64,000 bases of DNA from an uncultured Chloroflexia bacterium. Lineage in GTDB: Bacteria; Chloroflexota; Anaerolineae; CG2-30-64-16. A program made the translations under genes and the position numbers. The notes below the pieces were generated by a model. That model was not told the DNA's origin. It searched no databases and saw only the letters and a program-made list of their open reading frames with translations. The stretch is from contig CAVZDU010000006.1 of NCBI GenBank assembly GCA_963774265.1, forward strand, positions 288,001-352,000, read 5' to 3'. Each line of letters opens with the position of its first letter. The stretch's first letter is position 1. Positions 9,352 to 19,033 of this stretch are shown here, piece by piece.

Positions 9352-10218
9352 TTACGTTCGAACACCATATCTCCCATTTCCTCCCTCCAGGTCAAACAGG
9401 TTTCTGAATTGCGTCGAAGACATCAGGGGCCGTTCATGCGCTTCAGCCAGGAAATGGATACGCTTGAGCAAGTCCGCGTTCCGAGCTAGGCTGGTTCGCG
9501 CCTGATCGTACCAAATATTGTCCTCCAGGCCGACGCGCACCCCACCGCCCGCAACGATGGCAACCGAATTCATTGTCAATTGATAGTCACCTATACCGGC
9601 CAAGCTCCAATAAGCCCCTGGTGGCAGGTCTCGAATCATCAAGCCAGCATGTAGGAGATCTGCCTGAGCGCAAGCGATGTTTCCCAACAGCAGATTGAAG
9701 TAATGGGGAGCAGTGAGCAACTGTTTGCGCTCAAGATAGTGAGCGTAGTTGATCATCCCCAAATCAAACGCTTCCAGCTCGGGCTTGATGCCACGTTCTT
9801 TCATCGCGCTGGCTAACGCCTGGATCATGTCCGGGGCGTTCATGCTGGCCTGCTTATTGAAGTTGAGTGAGCTCAGTGTCAAGCTCCCCATATCAGGTTT
9901 AAGTGCGCCATCTAGCTGCAGAGGCTCTGCTCGCTTCTCGAATTCCTGAAAGTCTCGTCCGCTCAACGAGACACAGATCACCAACTCCGGTGCAAACTTG
10001 CGTATTCCTGCAATGATGTCTCCGTACAACTCGGCTTTGTATGTGGGCTTGCCTGTGGATTGATCCCTGGCGTGAAGATGTACCATTGTGATCCCAATCT
10101 CCCAGGCTTCTTGCACATCTTCCACGATCTCTGCCACGGTCACTGGGACGAATGGTGTCATCTCTTTGGTGGGTATCATCCCCGTCGGTGTAAAGTTGAT
10201 GATGAGGTTCTCGGCCAT
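9352..10218 (-). CDS. Beta-keto acid cleavage enzyme (BKACE/Kce, DUF849 family)
   Basis: IINFTPTG, MVHLHAR (HxH metal site), KPELEAFD and RVGLEDN motifs. Confidence 0.9.
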   Translation of the reverse strand: MAENLIINFTPTGMIPTKEMTPFVPVTVAEIVEDVQEAWEIGITMVHLHARDQSTGKPTYKAELYGDIIAGIRKFAPELVICVSLSGRDFQEFEKRAEPLQLDGALKPDMGSLTLSSLNFNKQASMNAPDMIQALASAMKERGIKPELEAFDLGMINYAHYLERKQLLTAPHYFNLLLGNIACAQADLLHAGLMIRDLPPGAYWSLAGIGDYQLTMNSVAIVAGGGVRVGLEDNIWYDQARTSLARNADLLKRIHFLAEAHERPLMSSTQFRNLFDLEGGNGRYGVRT

Positions 10219-10293
10219 GATTACTTCCTTTTTTCGACGATTCAACATCTGCCGTCGAGGTTTTCAGCCAGAAAAAGACGCAGCGTGACTTTG

Positions 10294-11295
10294 CTACCAG
10301 TTCTTGACACTGTCCTGCCTGACCCAACTTTCGAGGTCCAAGTTCTGCTCCTGGATCCAGGCGATGTATCGGTCCAGTCCGGTGTCGATATCCGTCTCGG
10401 CCACGAAGCCAAGCTCCTGCTTTGCCTTCGTGACGTCGGCCAGGATCTTCTCGATGTCAGCGGGCCGGTCCTCGTGGAGGTACAATGGCTCGATATCCGT
10501 GCGGCCGAGCTTCTTGAGAATGAGCTGGCAGAGGGTGGTGATATCCACGTCCTGCCCGCGGGCCAGGTTCACGGCTTGCCCCACCAGCGCATCGCTCTCG
10601 GCAGCCAGGAGGATGCCCCGGACGATATCGTCGACATAGGTGAAGTCCCGCGACTGCTTGCCGTTGCCAAAGATCACCGGCCTAAGCCCCGCCATCGTTC
10701 GGAACATGAATCTGGGGATGACTTCGGCCCTGGTTCCCTCCGACTGCTCGCGTGGGCCGTAGGTATTAAAGAGTCGCACGATTGAAATGGGCAGGCCGTA
10801 TGTCTTGTAGTAACTCAGGGCGTATAGCTCGCCCGCTGCCTTGGCCGCCCCGTAAACGTTGGTCGGCCGCATGGGGTGATTCTCATCGAGCGGATAATAG
10901 AGGGCGCTGCCGTAAACTTCTCCTGTGGAGACATATAGGAACCGCTCGACCTTGTTCTGCAATGCCGCCTGGCACATATATAGGGAACCGGTGGCGACGA
11001 CCTCGTGCGCCCGGATGGGATCGTGCAGGCCGGTGCGCAAACAAATGACGGCCAGGTGCAAGATGACGTCCACACCCTGTGCCAGACGCACCATCTCGTC
11101 CCGATCGCAGATGTCGGCCCGCTCAATCTGAACCTGCGGCTTGCCCCGGTGATGGGCAATGTACTCCTCTTTGCCGAAGGAGAAATCATCCACGATCACC
11201 ACCTGGTTGTCGTTGGCCACGAGACGGTCCACCAGGTGACTCCCGATGAACCCGGCACCGCCCGTCACCATCACTCGTTTACCCGTCAATTTCAT
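10294..11295 (-). CDS. NAD-dependent nucleotide-sugar epimerase/dehydratase
   Basis: TGGAGFIGSH, YGAAK and RDFTYVDD motifs (extended SDR). Confidence 0.92.
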   Translation of the reverse strand: MKLTGKRVMVTGGAGFIGSHLVDRLVANDNQVVIVDDFSFGKEEYIAHHRGKPQVQIERADICDRDEMVRLAQGVDVILHLAVICLRTGLHDPIRAHEVVATGSLYMCQAALQNKVERFLYVSTGEVYGSALYYPLDENHPMRPTNVYGAAKAAGELYALSYYKTYGLPISIVRLFNTYGPREQSEGTRAEVIPRFMFRTMAGLRPVIFGNGKQSRDFTYVDDIVRGILLAAESDALVGQAVNLARGQDVDITTLCQLILKKLGRTDIEPLYLHEDRPADIEKILADVTKAKQELGFVAETDIDTGLDRYIAWIQEQNLDLESWVRQDSVKNW

Positions 11296-11346
11296 GAGTT
11301 GTTACCTTTCTGCGCATGAGATTCTGTTGGTGTGAAATGCCATCCA

Positions 11347-12090
11347 TTAGCCGGCGCTCTTGCGACGCAGGACCATGAGGGGTGTTTGTACCATGATCTT
11401 GAGGTCAAGCCAGAGGGACCGATGCTCGACATAGTAAAGGTCCAACTCGATCATTTCCTGATAGTCCATCTTGCAGTGGCCAGCGACCTGCCACAGCCCC
11501 GTGAGCCCGGGTGTTGCGGCCAGCCGTTGGCGCTGCCGAGGACTGTACATCTCCCATTCATAGAGGGTCGGCGGCCGCGGGCCAACCAGGCTCATATCTC
11601 CGATGAGCACATTCCAGAGCTGCGGCAGCTCGTCAAGGCTGGTCTTGCGCAGAAGCCGACCCATGCGGGTGATCCGGGCGTCACCGGCCAAGGCGGAGGC
11701 TGCCGTCTGAGGGACATTGGAAGCGGCCGTGTCGTTTTGCCTCTCCTCAAGGAGCTTGCGGACCAGATCGCGGTGGGCCTGGGGATCGGTGTCCTTATGC
11801 ATGGTGCGAAACTTATAGAACGTGAACGGCTCGACCTGCACCTCTGCGTCGAACCCCTCTGCCTTGCGCCGCCGGGTTACTCGCGGTTGTTTGAATATAG
11901 CCGGTCCTGGGCTGTCGAACACCACCAGCAAGGCAATAAGGAGCATGACCGGCGCCAGCACGAGTAAGGCAACCGACACAACCGATACGTCAAGGAGTCT
12001 TTTGCACGCCAGGTAGATCCACTGGCGTTCGCCCTGCTCTGCAATCGGAATTGGATCGTCGGAGGCTTGTTGACTGTAGGTTTGTGTCAT
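11347..12090 (-). CDS. Small monotopic phosphoglycosyl transferase (Bac_transf sugar transferase)
   Basis: [38 protein letters not shown] and PGLTGLWQV motifs. Confidence 0.92.
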   Translation of the reverse strand: MTQTYSQQASDDPIPIAEQGERQWIYLACKRLLDVSVVSVALLVLAPVMLLIALLVVFDSPGPAIFKQPRVTRRRKAEGFDAEVQVEPFTFYKFRTMHKDTDPQAHRDLVRKLLEERQNDTAASNVPQTAASALAGDARITRMGRLLRKTSLDELPQLWNVLIGDMSLVGPRPPTLYEWEMYSPRQRQRLAATPGLTGLWQVAGHCKMDYQEMIELDLYYVEHRSLWLDLKIMVQTPLMVLRRKSAG

Positions 12091-13364
12091 GCCTTTGCGG
12101 TCCTTTCCTCGTGGTGGATGTCCGGCTCTTTCCAGGGCTCAGCAGGAAGGGAACGGGATGGTCGCTCCGGGTCATGTGCTAACACCAACCGATGACTGTT
12201 CTCGTCGAGCGTAAGAGTGCCCCACACCAGGCGAGGGTCCTGGGCTCCGGCGACGTCCCCCGAGCGAACGCGCCACCAGCGAGCTGCCTCACTCGGCAAA
12301 GCATGCCAGTACCCATTTTGTTCCTTCATCTCCCGGAGCAGGCTGGCATAAACCTGCCAGGTGATCGGGTCGCGCAGATAGTCAGGATGCGTGTTCATCA
12401 GCGCCAGGCCCGAGTACTGCTTGATGAACTCGATTTTTTGCAGCCACACCCGCGGCGTTTTCTCACCCAGGGTCCGCACCAGGGTGTAATCCTGCACCAT
12501 GGTAAGCGGCAGCTCGAGGAGCTTGCCCACCCTAAACGGCCAGATGCACATCGTGCCCCCGGGAACGGGCTCGTACGGATCGGTATCGAAGAATGACAGA
12601 TCGTATTCGACGTCCAGGACCTGCATCCACTCCGGCTGGCGATGAAAGAGAGGCGTGCGAAAGCCCACCGCGCCCAAGGCACGCAGGTGATCGTTGATCC
12701 GCCGCGCTCGTCGCTCAAACTCGGCGCGCGAGCGAAACAAATGTCCATCGTGTTTGAGCCCGTGAACCCCAATCTCGAACCCGCGCGTGCGCAACTCATC
12801 CATGAGGGCAAGATCCAGGGGATAACGCTCCGCGACGAAGTTAAAACTGGATCGAAACCCCAGGCTTTCCTCCAAATCCGCTACCGCCCGCACAAAGGCC
12901 TGGCCCTGGGCTGTCTCGATGTCGTGAGTCAGCACGAACGCGAACTGGCAGCCATCGGGCCAGAAATGGCGGTACCTGATGGATGGGTGGCTGCTGCCGA
13001 GCAACACGTCCAACATCACCTGCCACAAGAAGCGGACATATCGATCCTCGATGGGCCAGCCGAGAACAAACTCCCGGGAGGCGGAGCGGCTGTGGATTCG
13101 CCGCAGGAGGGCGATGAGCGGTCGTGGCATGAACGGCTTGACCCGGTAGTACATCCGCCGCGGATAACTCAGCCGCCAGTGGTCCGGGCCAAACTGGCCT
13201 TCGCCCAGGACAAGTGCCAGTAGCTCGTCCACGTCGTGTGGCTGAAGGGACAGACCCAAGACAGGGAGCGCCCGCTGGATTGCCGCTTTCCACTGATCCT
13301 CCGGAACACCAGGCTGGGGGAGCCAAAAATGTGCCGGGGTATTGGAACTCCAAAGGTTCGTCAT
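12087..13364 (-). CDS. Polysaccharide deacetylase-family (CE4-like) protein
   Basis: LTHDIE, EIGVHGLKHDG, GFRTP and HPDY motifs. Confidence 0.75.
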   Translation of the reverse strand: MTNLWSSNTPAHFWLPQPGVPEDQWKAAIQRALPVLGLSLQPHDVDELLALVLGEGQFGPDHWRLSYPRRMYYRVKPFMPRPLIALLRRIHSRSASREFVLGWPIEDRYVRFLWQVMLDVLLGSSHPSIRYRHFWPDGCQFAFVLTHDIETAQGQAFVRAVADLEESLGFRSSFNFVAERYPLDLALMDELRTRGFEIGVHGLKHDGHLFRSRAEFERRARRINDHLRALGAVGFRTPLFHRQPEWMQVLDVEYDLSFFDTDPYEPVPGGTMCIWPFRVGKLLELPLTMVQDYTLVRTLGEKTPRVWLQKIEFIKQYSGLALMNTHPDYLRDPITWQVYASLLREMKEQNGYWHALPSEAARWWRVRSGDVAGAQDPRLVWGTLTLDENSHRLVLAHDPERPSRSLPAEPWKEPDIHHEERTAKA

Positions 13365-14185
13365 TATCCGTCCTCAACATTATAACGAGCCAGGATTGAG
13401 CTTCCAGCCTTGACGTAGTCGCCTGGCGTCACCTCAATCTTTACATCCTCTCGGTCCGGAATAATGATGGCAACCAGCGAACCGAACCGGATCATGCCCA
13501 ACCGTTGTCCTGCACCTACGGTGTCTCCCACTTTCAGATAGGTCTGAACGCATCGCACAAGGCGCGAGGCGATCTGAACAACGCCGACGTTCAGGGAATC
13601 ACCCTCGATGACGGTCGTGGCGCGCTCGTTAACAAATGGCGCCTCGTCTCTCCGCAAGGATATGAACTTGCCGGCGATATGCTTTGTCAACTTGACTTGG
13701 CCAGGAATCGGGCACCGGTTTACATGCACATCCAGCAAGCTCATGCCCACTCCAACCACGTGGACCGCACTCGTCGCCAGGGCAGTGCCTGTGAGCTCGT
13801 CAAGACGGTAGTCCCTTCCACCCTTGCTCACCACCGTCGTCGCGTCCTCAGCAATATGCCAGACATACGCTACCTCTCCATCCGCAGCAGACAGAACAAC
13901 CCCGTTCATCTCGGGTGGGACGCGCTCCGGATCTCTCCAGAAACGTCGCAGGACCAGGAACAATGCGAAGACAAGAGCAGCTGATATCTGACCGACGGCA
14001 ATGATACCAAGACCAAACACCGACCTGGCCAGGGGATAGATCCAGATAAACGGCAAAGCTGTCAGAACCACGGTAACTGCTATTCCGACCAAGGCCTGTC
14101 GCTTCGGCAAATCCCACTTCATCGCCAATGCTGACATAAGTAGCCCGGAAAGTGCAGCGCCGAGGGCCGTTAGTTCTAAGCTCAT
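13364..14185 (-). CDS. Phosphatidylserine decarboxylase-like pyruvoyl enzyme with N-terminal TM helices
   Basis: FWRDPER, LSAADG, DVHVNRCP, NER and the GMIRFGS autocleavage motif. No pssA nearby. Confidence 0.8.
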   Translation of the reverse strand: MSLELTALGAALSGLLMSALAMKWDLPKRQALVGIAVTVVLTALPFIWIYPLARSVFGLGIIAVGQISAALVFALFLVLRRFWRDPERVPPEMNGVVLSAADGEVAYVWHIAEDATTVVSKGGRDYRLDELTGTALATSAVHVVGVGMSLLDVHVNRCPIPGQVKLTKHIAGKFISLRRDEAPFVNERATTVIEGDSLNVGVVQIASRLVRCVQTYLKVGDTVGAGQRLGMIRFGSLVAIIIPDREDVKIEVTPGDYVKAGSSILARYNVEDG

Positions 14186-14211
14186 ATTAGCCTCACAACC
14201 TCGGAGACCAT

Positions 14212-15393
14212 CTAGAACCCCCTGTTCGACAAGTAGTTATAGGGACCGAGAAACAGGTCAGCTATGAATGGCAGGGGATCGCGAAAGGAGAGCACTGCGT
14301 CCTCTATATCACCAGACATAGATGTCAAGTACTGGCGTAGGGTCAGTCGACCGGACAGAATCTCAGAGGCAACTGTGGGAATGTCCGTCACGAGCCGGAC
14401 CCACTTTACGTTCTCACGGGCTGAACCGACTGGCGCTTCCTTTCCGGCAGCGTGGGCGTAGGCCAGGTAGGGTAGATCAAGCCCGGCGCGAATCGCAATA
14501 GTGTGCCAGCCCCAAATTCTGGGATTGACCTCCAGGAACTCAAATCGCCCATCTTTGCTATCGTACATGAATTCGACCTCGGCCAGGCCAGTGAAGGCGA
14601 TGCCCGTCAGCAATTGGGTCGCCAGCTTCTCCAATTCGGGAACGTTGACGGTCTCAACGTAGGTGCTGGCCCGGCCAAATTCCATCGGGTGTTGGCGCCG
14701 CCGTCTCGCTGACAGACCGGCAATCGGTGTGCCATCCCTAAAGAACCCGACGTATGAATACAGACTCTCAGCCCCGCCGGGGATAAGCTCCTGGATCAGG
14801 ATCTCAGATGGTTTCATGATTTCGGTGGTTTGCCTATAGAGACTGATGAGTTCTTCCTGATTGTTCGCCCGATATGCTTTTTTCTTGGTGGCAGCCATGA
14901 AATGCTTGCTTACAGTGGGTTTGATAACCAATGGAAAATCCAGGTTTAGCGACATGAGTTCATTCACGTCCCGCGGATTGCAGGTCTTGGGAATAGGTAC
15001 TGCCTGCTCTTCGGCTAACCGCTGGGTGAGCCGTTTATCGTATAGGAACTGGACAGTCTCCCATGGCGGAACCGTGACGAGGTAGCGCTCGCTTATGCGC
15101 CTCCAATGCTGCGCCAGTATTCTTACCGAGTCGTCGGTGCTGGGGAAAAGGACCCAACCATCCATGTTCTTCTCCGCAGCAATTCGCAGAAGGAACTCGA
15201 CGAAACCAGCTTCATCGTCAAACGATGGGCACCTCAGGAAACTCCTCACGTATCTTGAGAACTGGCTGACACAGACCCCGTTGTCTAGAACGCACACGGG
15301 CACGCCGTGTTTGGCCAAATTTCGAGCCGCTCCCAGGCTGTGAAAGCCGCCGCCGATAATCACGGCCCCGGGTTCTCTGCTGCTTCGACTCAT
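14212..15393 (-). CDS. ATP-grasp carboxylate-amine ligase (D-aspartate ligase-like family)
   Basis: PLVIKP, IQELIPG, AEVEF and FLEVNPR motifs. Confidence 0.82.
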   Translation of the reverse strand: MSRSSREPGAVIIGGGFHSLGAARNLAKHGVPVCVLDNGVCVSQFSRYVRSFLRCPSFDDEAGFVEFLLRIAAEKNMDGWVLFPSTDDSVRILAQHWRRISERYLVTVPPWETVQFLYDKRLTQRLAEEQAVPIPKTCNPRDVNELMSLNLDFPLVIKPTVSKHFMAATKKKAYRANNQEELISLYRQTTEIMKPSEILIQELIPGGAESLYSYVGFFRDGTPIAGLSARRRRQHPMEFGRASTYVETVNVPELEKLATQLLTGIAFTGLAEVEFMYDSKDGRFEFLEVNPRIWGWHTIAIRAGLDLPYLAYAHAAGKEAPVGSARENVKWVRLVTDIPTVASEILSGRLTLRQYLTSMSGDIEDAVLSFRDPLPFIADLFLGPYNYLSNRGF

Positions 15394-15431
15394 AGTACAA
15401 ACACCCCCCGAACGAATAGGTCAGCCAACAT

Positions 15432-16664
15432 CTACGAATTTTTCCCCGCCAGGGCAGTGTCGTAGGCCCGGAGTAGCTCGTCTTTTTGACCTTCCCAGCT
15501 CAGATAGTTCACAAATCTCTGGCGACCCAGCGCACCCATGCGTTGCCGACGCTCAGAATCGTCCAGCAGAGCCACAATCGCCCTGCCATAGCCCTGTATG
15601 TCCCCCGACTGCACGTAGGTGGCCGATTCCTGAGCAGTGTATCGAGATTCAGGGAGGTCATAGGCCACGATCGGCTTGCCCATCGCCATGTACTCACCGA
15701 TCTTGATGAAGGTCGAACGCGCATTGAAGGGCGTTAGCGGCTCGGGGGACAGGCAGACGTCGGCGGTGCACAGATACTGACGCATGAGCAAGTTATCGAG
15801 CATACCCGGCATAACCACGACGTCCTGCAACCCCCAGGCGACCACCTGTTTCAGCGCTTGGGAGCGAACAGCCCCGTCGCCCAGGAGATTAAAGAGGATA
15901 TCGCGTCGGCCCAGATCGTGGACCAGGTAGCGGATGGACGAAAGCAGCTCCAGCACTCCATCGTCTTCGCCCATCACCCCTGCATAGCAGGCTGAGTAGG
16001 GGAACCCGCGTTTCAGGGCGGGTACGGGCTCAACCGGCACGAATCGGTCCTGTTTCGGGCCATTGCGCACAACCCTGACCCGGTTCGCCGGCACCCCTCC
16101 CCGTTCCATCGCGATCCGTCGGTAGGACTCATTGGTCGATATGACGGCATTAGCGCTGCGGAACGTCAGATATTCCGTCACTCGAGCCAGGGCATGAAGA
16201 AGTCTGCCAGGCAGGCCACGGAAGCGCCAGGCTACGACCTCGGGGAAAAGATCATGATGATCGAAAACGACCCGGGCGCCTAGCAACCGGTAGAAGAAGC
16301 CGATCGGGAAGAAGATATCAGGTGGATTGCAGAAGTGGATGACGTCAAAGTGCTTAGCGCGCCATACACGCCATGACAGTCTGGCAATGGAAATCCAGGC
16401 AGTGATGTATTCATTCACGTAGCCCAACGCGCCGTCCTGTGCATGGTCCAGCGGGAAACGGAAGATCATCACACCCTCAAGGCTGTCCGCTAGGCCAAAC
16501 ACCACGGGAGCCGGTTTGCGCGCGCCGATTTTTTCTTCAGTTGGACAGATTACGGTTGTCTGCCAACCAGCATCTCGCAGCGTTGTAGCTTCATACCAGA
16601 CACGAACGTCTTCCGGTACGGACGCATTCTCTACAACAATCAGGGCCTTCCTGGTGTTCGACAC
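15432..16664 (-). CDS. Glycosyltransferase, GT4 family
   Basis: CNPPD, FDHHDLFPE and KIGEYMAMGKPIVA motifs. Confidence 0.9.
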   Translation of the reverse strand: MSNTRKALIVVENASVPEDVRVWYEATTLRDAGWQTTVICPTEEKIGARKPAPVVFGLADSLEGVMIFRFPLDHAQDGALGYVNEYITAWISIARLSWRVWRAKHFDVIHFCNPPDIFFPIGFFYRLLGARVVFDHHDLFPEVVAWRFRGLPGRLLHALARVTEYLTFRSANAVISTNESYRRIAMERGGVPANRVRVVRNGPKQDRFVPVEPVPALKRGFPYSACYAGVMGEDDGVLELLSSIRYLVHDLGRRDILFNLLGDGAVRSQALKQVVAWGLQDVVVMPGMLDNLLMRQYLCTADVCLSPEPLTPFNARSTFIKIGEYMAMGKPIVAYDLPESRYTAQESATYVQSGDIQGYGRAIVALLDDSERRQRMGALGRQRFVNYLSWEGQKDELLRAYDTALAGKNS

Positions 16665-16729
16665 GCCTTAGTCTCCTTCTTGCCCCAGGTTCAACTACGA
16701 ATTGCACGACGATGCATCTTCGATATCCA

Positions 16730-17704
16730 CTATACCGGTTGTCCATGTAATAACCGCTGGAGTTCGGCGAACTTCTGTTCCCACTCGGCTTGAAGCCGCT
16801 CCTGCAAGACAAGAATCTCTTGCTGCAACCTGGTCTGTTCCCGCCGGGCCAGGCACACTCCTTCACAGATACCCTCTGCAGTGTTGGAGACGTGAACTGT
16901 CCCTGCTGAGAAGTAGTCCCGCAGAACCGGCCAGTCGGATACAATCAGAGGAGTCCCAACGGATACGGCCTCAAACGCGCCCATGAGCAGAGTATGATCG
17001 CCAGTCGTCAAGACCATGATGGCATCCACTCCTCGTAACAACCCCACGTAGTGTTCATAGGAGAGATAGCCTGTCAAGAGGCAATTGCCAGGTATCTTGG
17101 ACAACAAAGGCTGCGCGATGCGCCTAGAGTCCCCCGTGACATAGAAACGCACCTCTGGAAGGAGCGCCGCCGCCTGGAACACAAGGTCGACGGGCTCATC
17201 CGACAGAAAGCTGCTGACCACCGCCACATTGAACTGCCCATCGAGGGCAAAGTCGTCACCTGGGGGATAGCTGCCAGGCGTGAAACCAATCACCAGGTAG
17301 CGACATCCCCACTCCTTCACGATCTGCTCTTGCGAGGAATTGTGCACGATAGTGGCTAGCGCGCCCTTCGAGAGTCGACGATGAAGCCCCACGGACCAGC
17401 GCCATTTTGGCGAAAGGAAAGCCCCCGTGTGGGAATCAATGACATATTTGGCGCCGTATCGTCGTGCATAGAAAAAAGCAACCAAGACACAGAATATCGG
17501 TGGGTTCTGCACAAAGACGATATCAGGCCGATCTTTACACAGCGCGCGCCAAGTCCGCCAAGCTTGCACCGCATATTTGATCGGGAGACGGAGCACCCTG
17601 CATGGTGGCTCATAGTGAATGAAATATGCCGTAGCGCCTAAGTGCTGTGCAAGAAGGTCACTACGACGGTGGTAACCCATCCAGGCAACGAACGCAATCT
17701 TCAA
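16730..17704 (-). CDS. Glycosyltransferase (GT-B fold, GT4-like)
   Basis: VQNPP, IDSHTGAF and FEAVSVGTPLIVSD motifs. Confidence 0.8.
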   Translation of the reverse strand: MKIAFVAWMGYHRRSDLLAQHLGATAYFIHYEPPCRVLRLPIKYAVQAWRTWRALCKDRPDIVFVQNPPIFCVLVAFFYARRYGAKYVIDSHTGAFLSPKWRWSVGLHRRLSKGALATIVHNSSQEQIVKEWGCRYLVIGFTPGSYPPGDDFALDGQFNVAVVSSFLSDEPVDLVFQAAALLPEVRFYVTGDSRRIAQPLLSKIPGNCLLTGYLSYEHYVGLLRGVDAIMVLTTGDHTLLMGAFEAVSVGTPLIVSDWPVLRDYFSAGTVHVSNTAEGICEGVCLARREQTRLQQEILVLQERLQAEWEQKFAELQRLLHGQPV

Positions 17705-19017
17705 CTTGCGTCCATCTCTGAGCGGGCGCCAGCGTACTTACTCTTGGCTCCACCAGGTAGATGCTGGTGCAGTACGCGATGAATTTCTTCAACCCGATGA
17801 TCCCAGGTGTTCTCCCGGGCTACCGCAACCCTAGCCGCAATCGCCTCCGGAGTGTGGTCCTGGAGTGCCAATCGAGTCTGGTGGACAAACTCGTCATGAG
17901 TTACAGCCGTGCGCACCACATGACTGTAGGGTTGCAGCTCCGGCAGGTTAATCGATACAACCGCCCGACCTGCCGCCAGGTACTCGTGCAGCTTCATAGG
18001 ATAAATGGAAAGCACGTGTCCTTCCAGCACATAGGGTATGAGTGCCACGTCAAAGGCCTGGAGGTAGTCCGGAAGTTGCTCAAGCTCTTTGCGACCCAGG
18101 AAGAACACATTAGGCCGAGCCTTTAGCTGTGCCCGCGCCGCTGCATCAGGCAGTTCGTCCGGTCCGACCAGCACGAGCGAGCATTCTGGAAAAGCTTCAC
18201 TCAACCGCAACAGCAGCCCAGTATCAATCTGATATCCCAGCCAACCGGCGAAGCCAATAATCGGCCGCCGCAAGGCGCCGATGTCGCTTGGCAGCGGCCG
18301 GCTAGACGTCAGCGCACGATTGAAAAGATCGAAATCAACGCCGTTTGGTGAAAAATAGGTGTTCGGGTTGACGTCATGGCGCCGTTTCCATTGGGAGCGC
18401 GAGGTGGCAAAGACAACGTCAGCGCGACTTGACAGCTGATTGTCGAACTCACGCAGCATAGTTTTGACGCGCTTGTTTTGCACGAATTCGGGGAACTCGT
18501 CGTAGTTGTAATAGCAAACGATCTTCTCGTTGAACTTGCCGGCCAGGCTGACTTGATATGGCGAGTACAGCCACAGGATTGGCGCCCGAACATCGTAAGC
18601 CTTCATCACGCGGCGCACATGCCGGGTCAGAATGGAGGCATTGATCCTGACCACCCACGGCGTCGTGACCTGCAGCACTGAGCGCGGCAGATGGTGGCGC
18701 ATGATCGGCAGGGTCGAAGGTGACCCAATTGTAATCAGATTCTGGTTGACGGACTCGGTGCGCAGGCGGACGAAATTGGGCAAGTTGCGCCACATCTCGG
18801 CCGAATGCCGCCTATCCGGATTGCGCCCGGGCTCGAAATACAAAACCCGATTCTGCTTGGCGATACGCGACATGACGTGTTGGGAGTCCCGCCATAGAGA
18901 ATGCCAGACTCGGGGCGCAATACATAGGAACGTCTCGCCACGCACTGTCCCTTCCTGCATTTCATTCACTTGCGCAGTTGCCTCTTGAGTTGGCTGCATC
19001 GATATCATTCCTCTCAA
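17701..19017 (-). CDS. Glycosyltransferase (GT-B, TuaH-like)
   Basis: PNGVDF, FDVALIPY and PMKLHEYLAAGRAVVS motifs. Confidence 0.85.
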   Translation of the reverse strand: MRGMISMQPTQEATAQVNEMQEGTVRGETFLCIAPRVWHSLWRDSQHVMSRIAKQNRVLYFEPGRNPDRRHSAEMWRNLPNFVRLRTESVNQNLITIGSPSTLPIMRHHLPRSVLQVTTPWVVRINASILTRHVRRVMKAYDVRAPILWLYSPYQVSLAGKFNEKIVCYYNYDEFPEFVQNKRVKTMLREFDNQLSSRADVVFATSRSQWKRRHDVNPNTYFSPNGVDFDLFNRALTSSRPLPSDIGALRRPIIGFAGWLGYQIDTGLLLRLSEAFPECSLVLVGPDELPDAAARAQLKARPNVFFLGRKELEQLPDYLQAFDVALIPYVLEGHVLSIYPMKLHEYLAAGRAVVSINLPELQPYSHVVRTAVTHDEFVHQTRLALQDHTPEAIAARVAVARENTWDHRVEEIHRVLHQHLPGGAKSKYAGARSEMDAS

Positions 19018-19033
19018 CGGTCCCTCTATGTTG

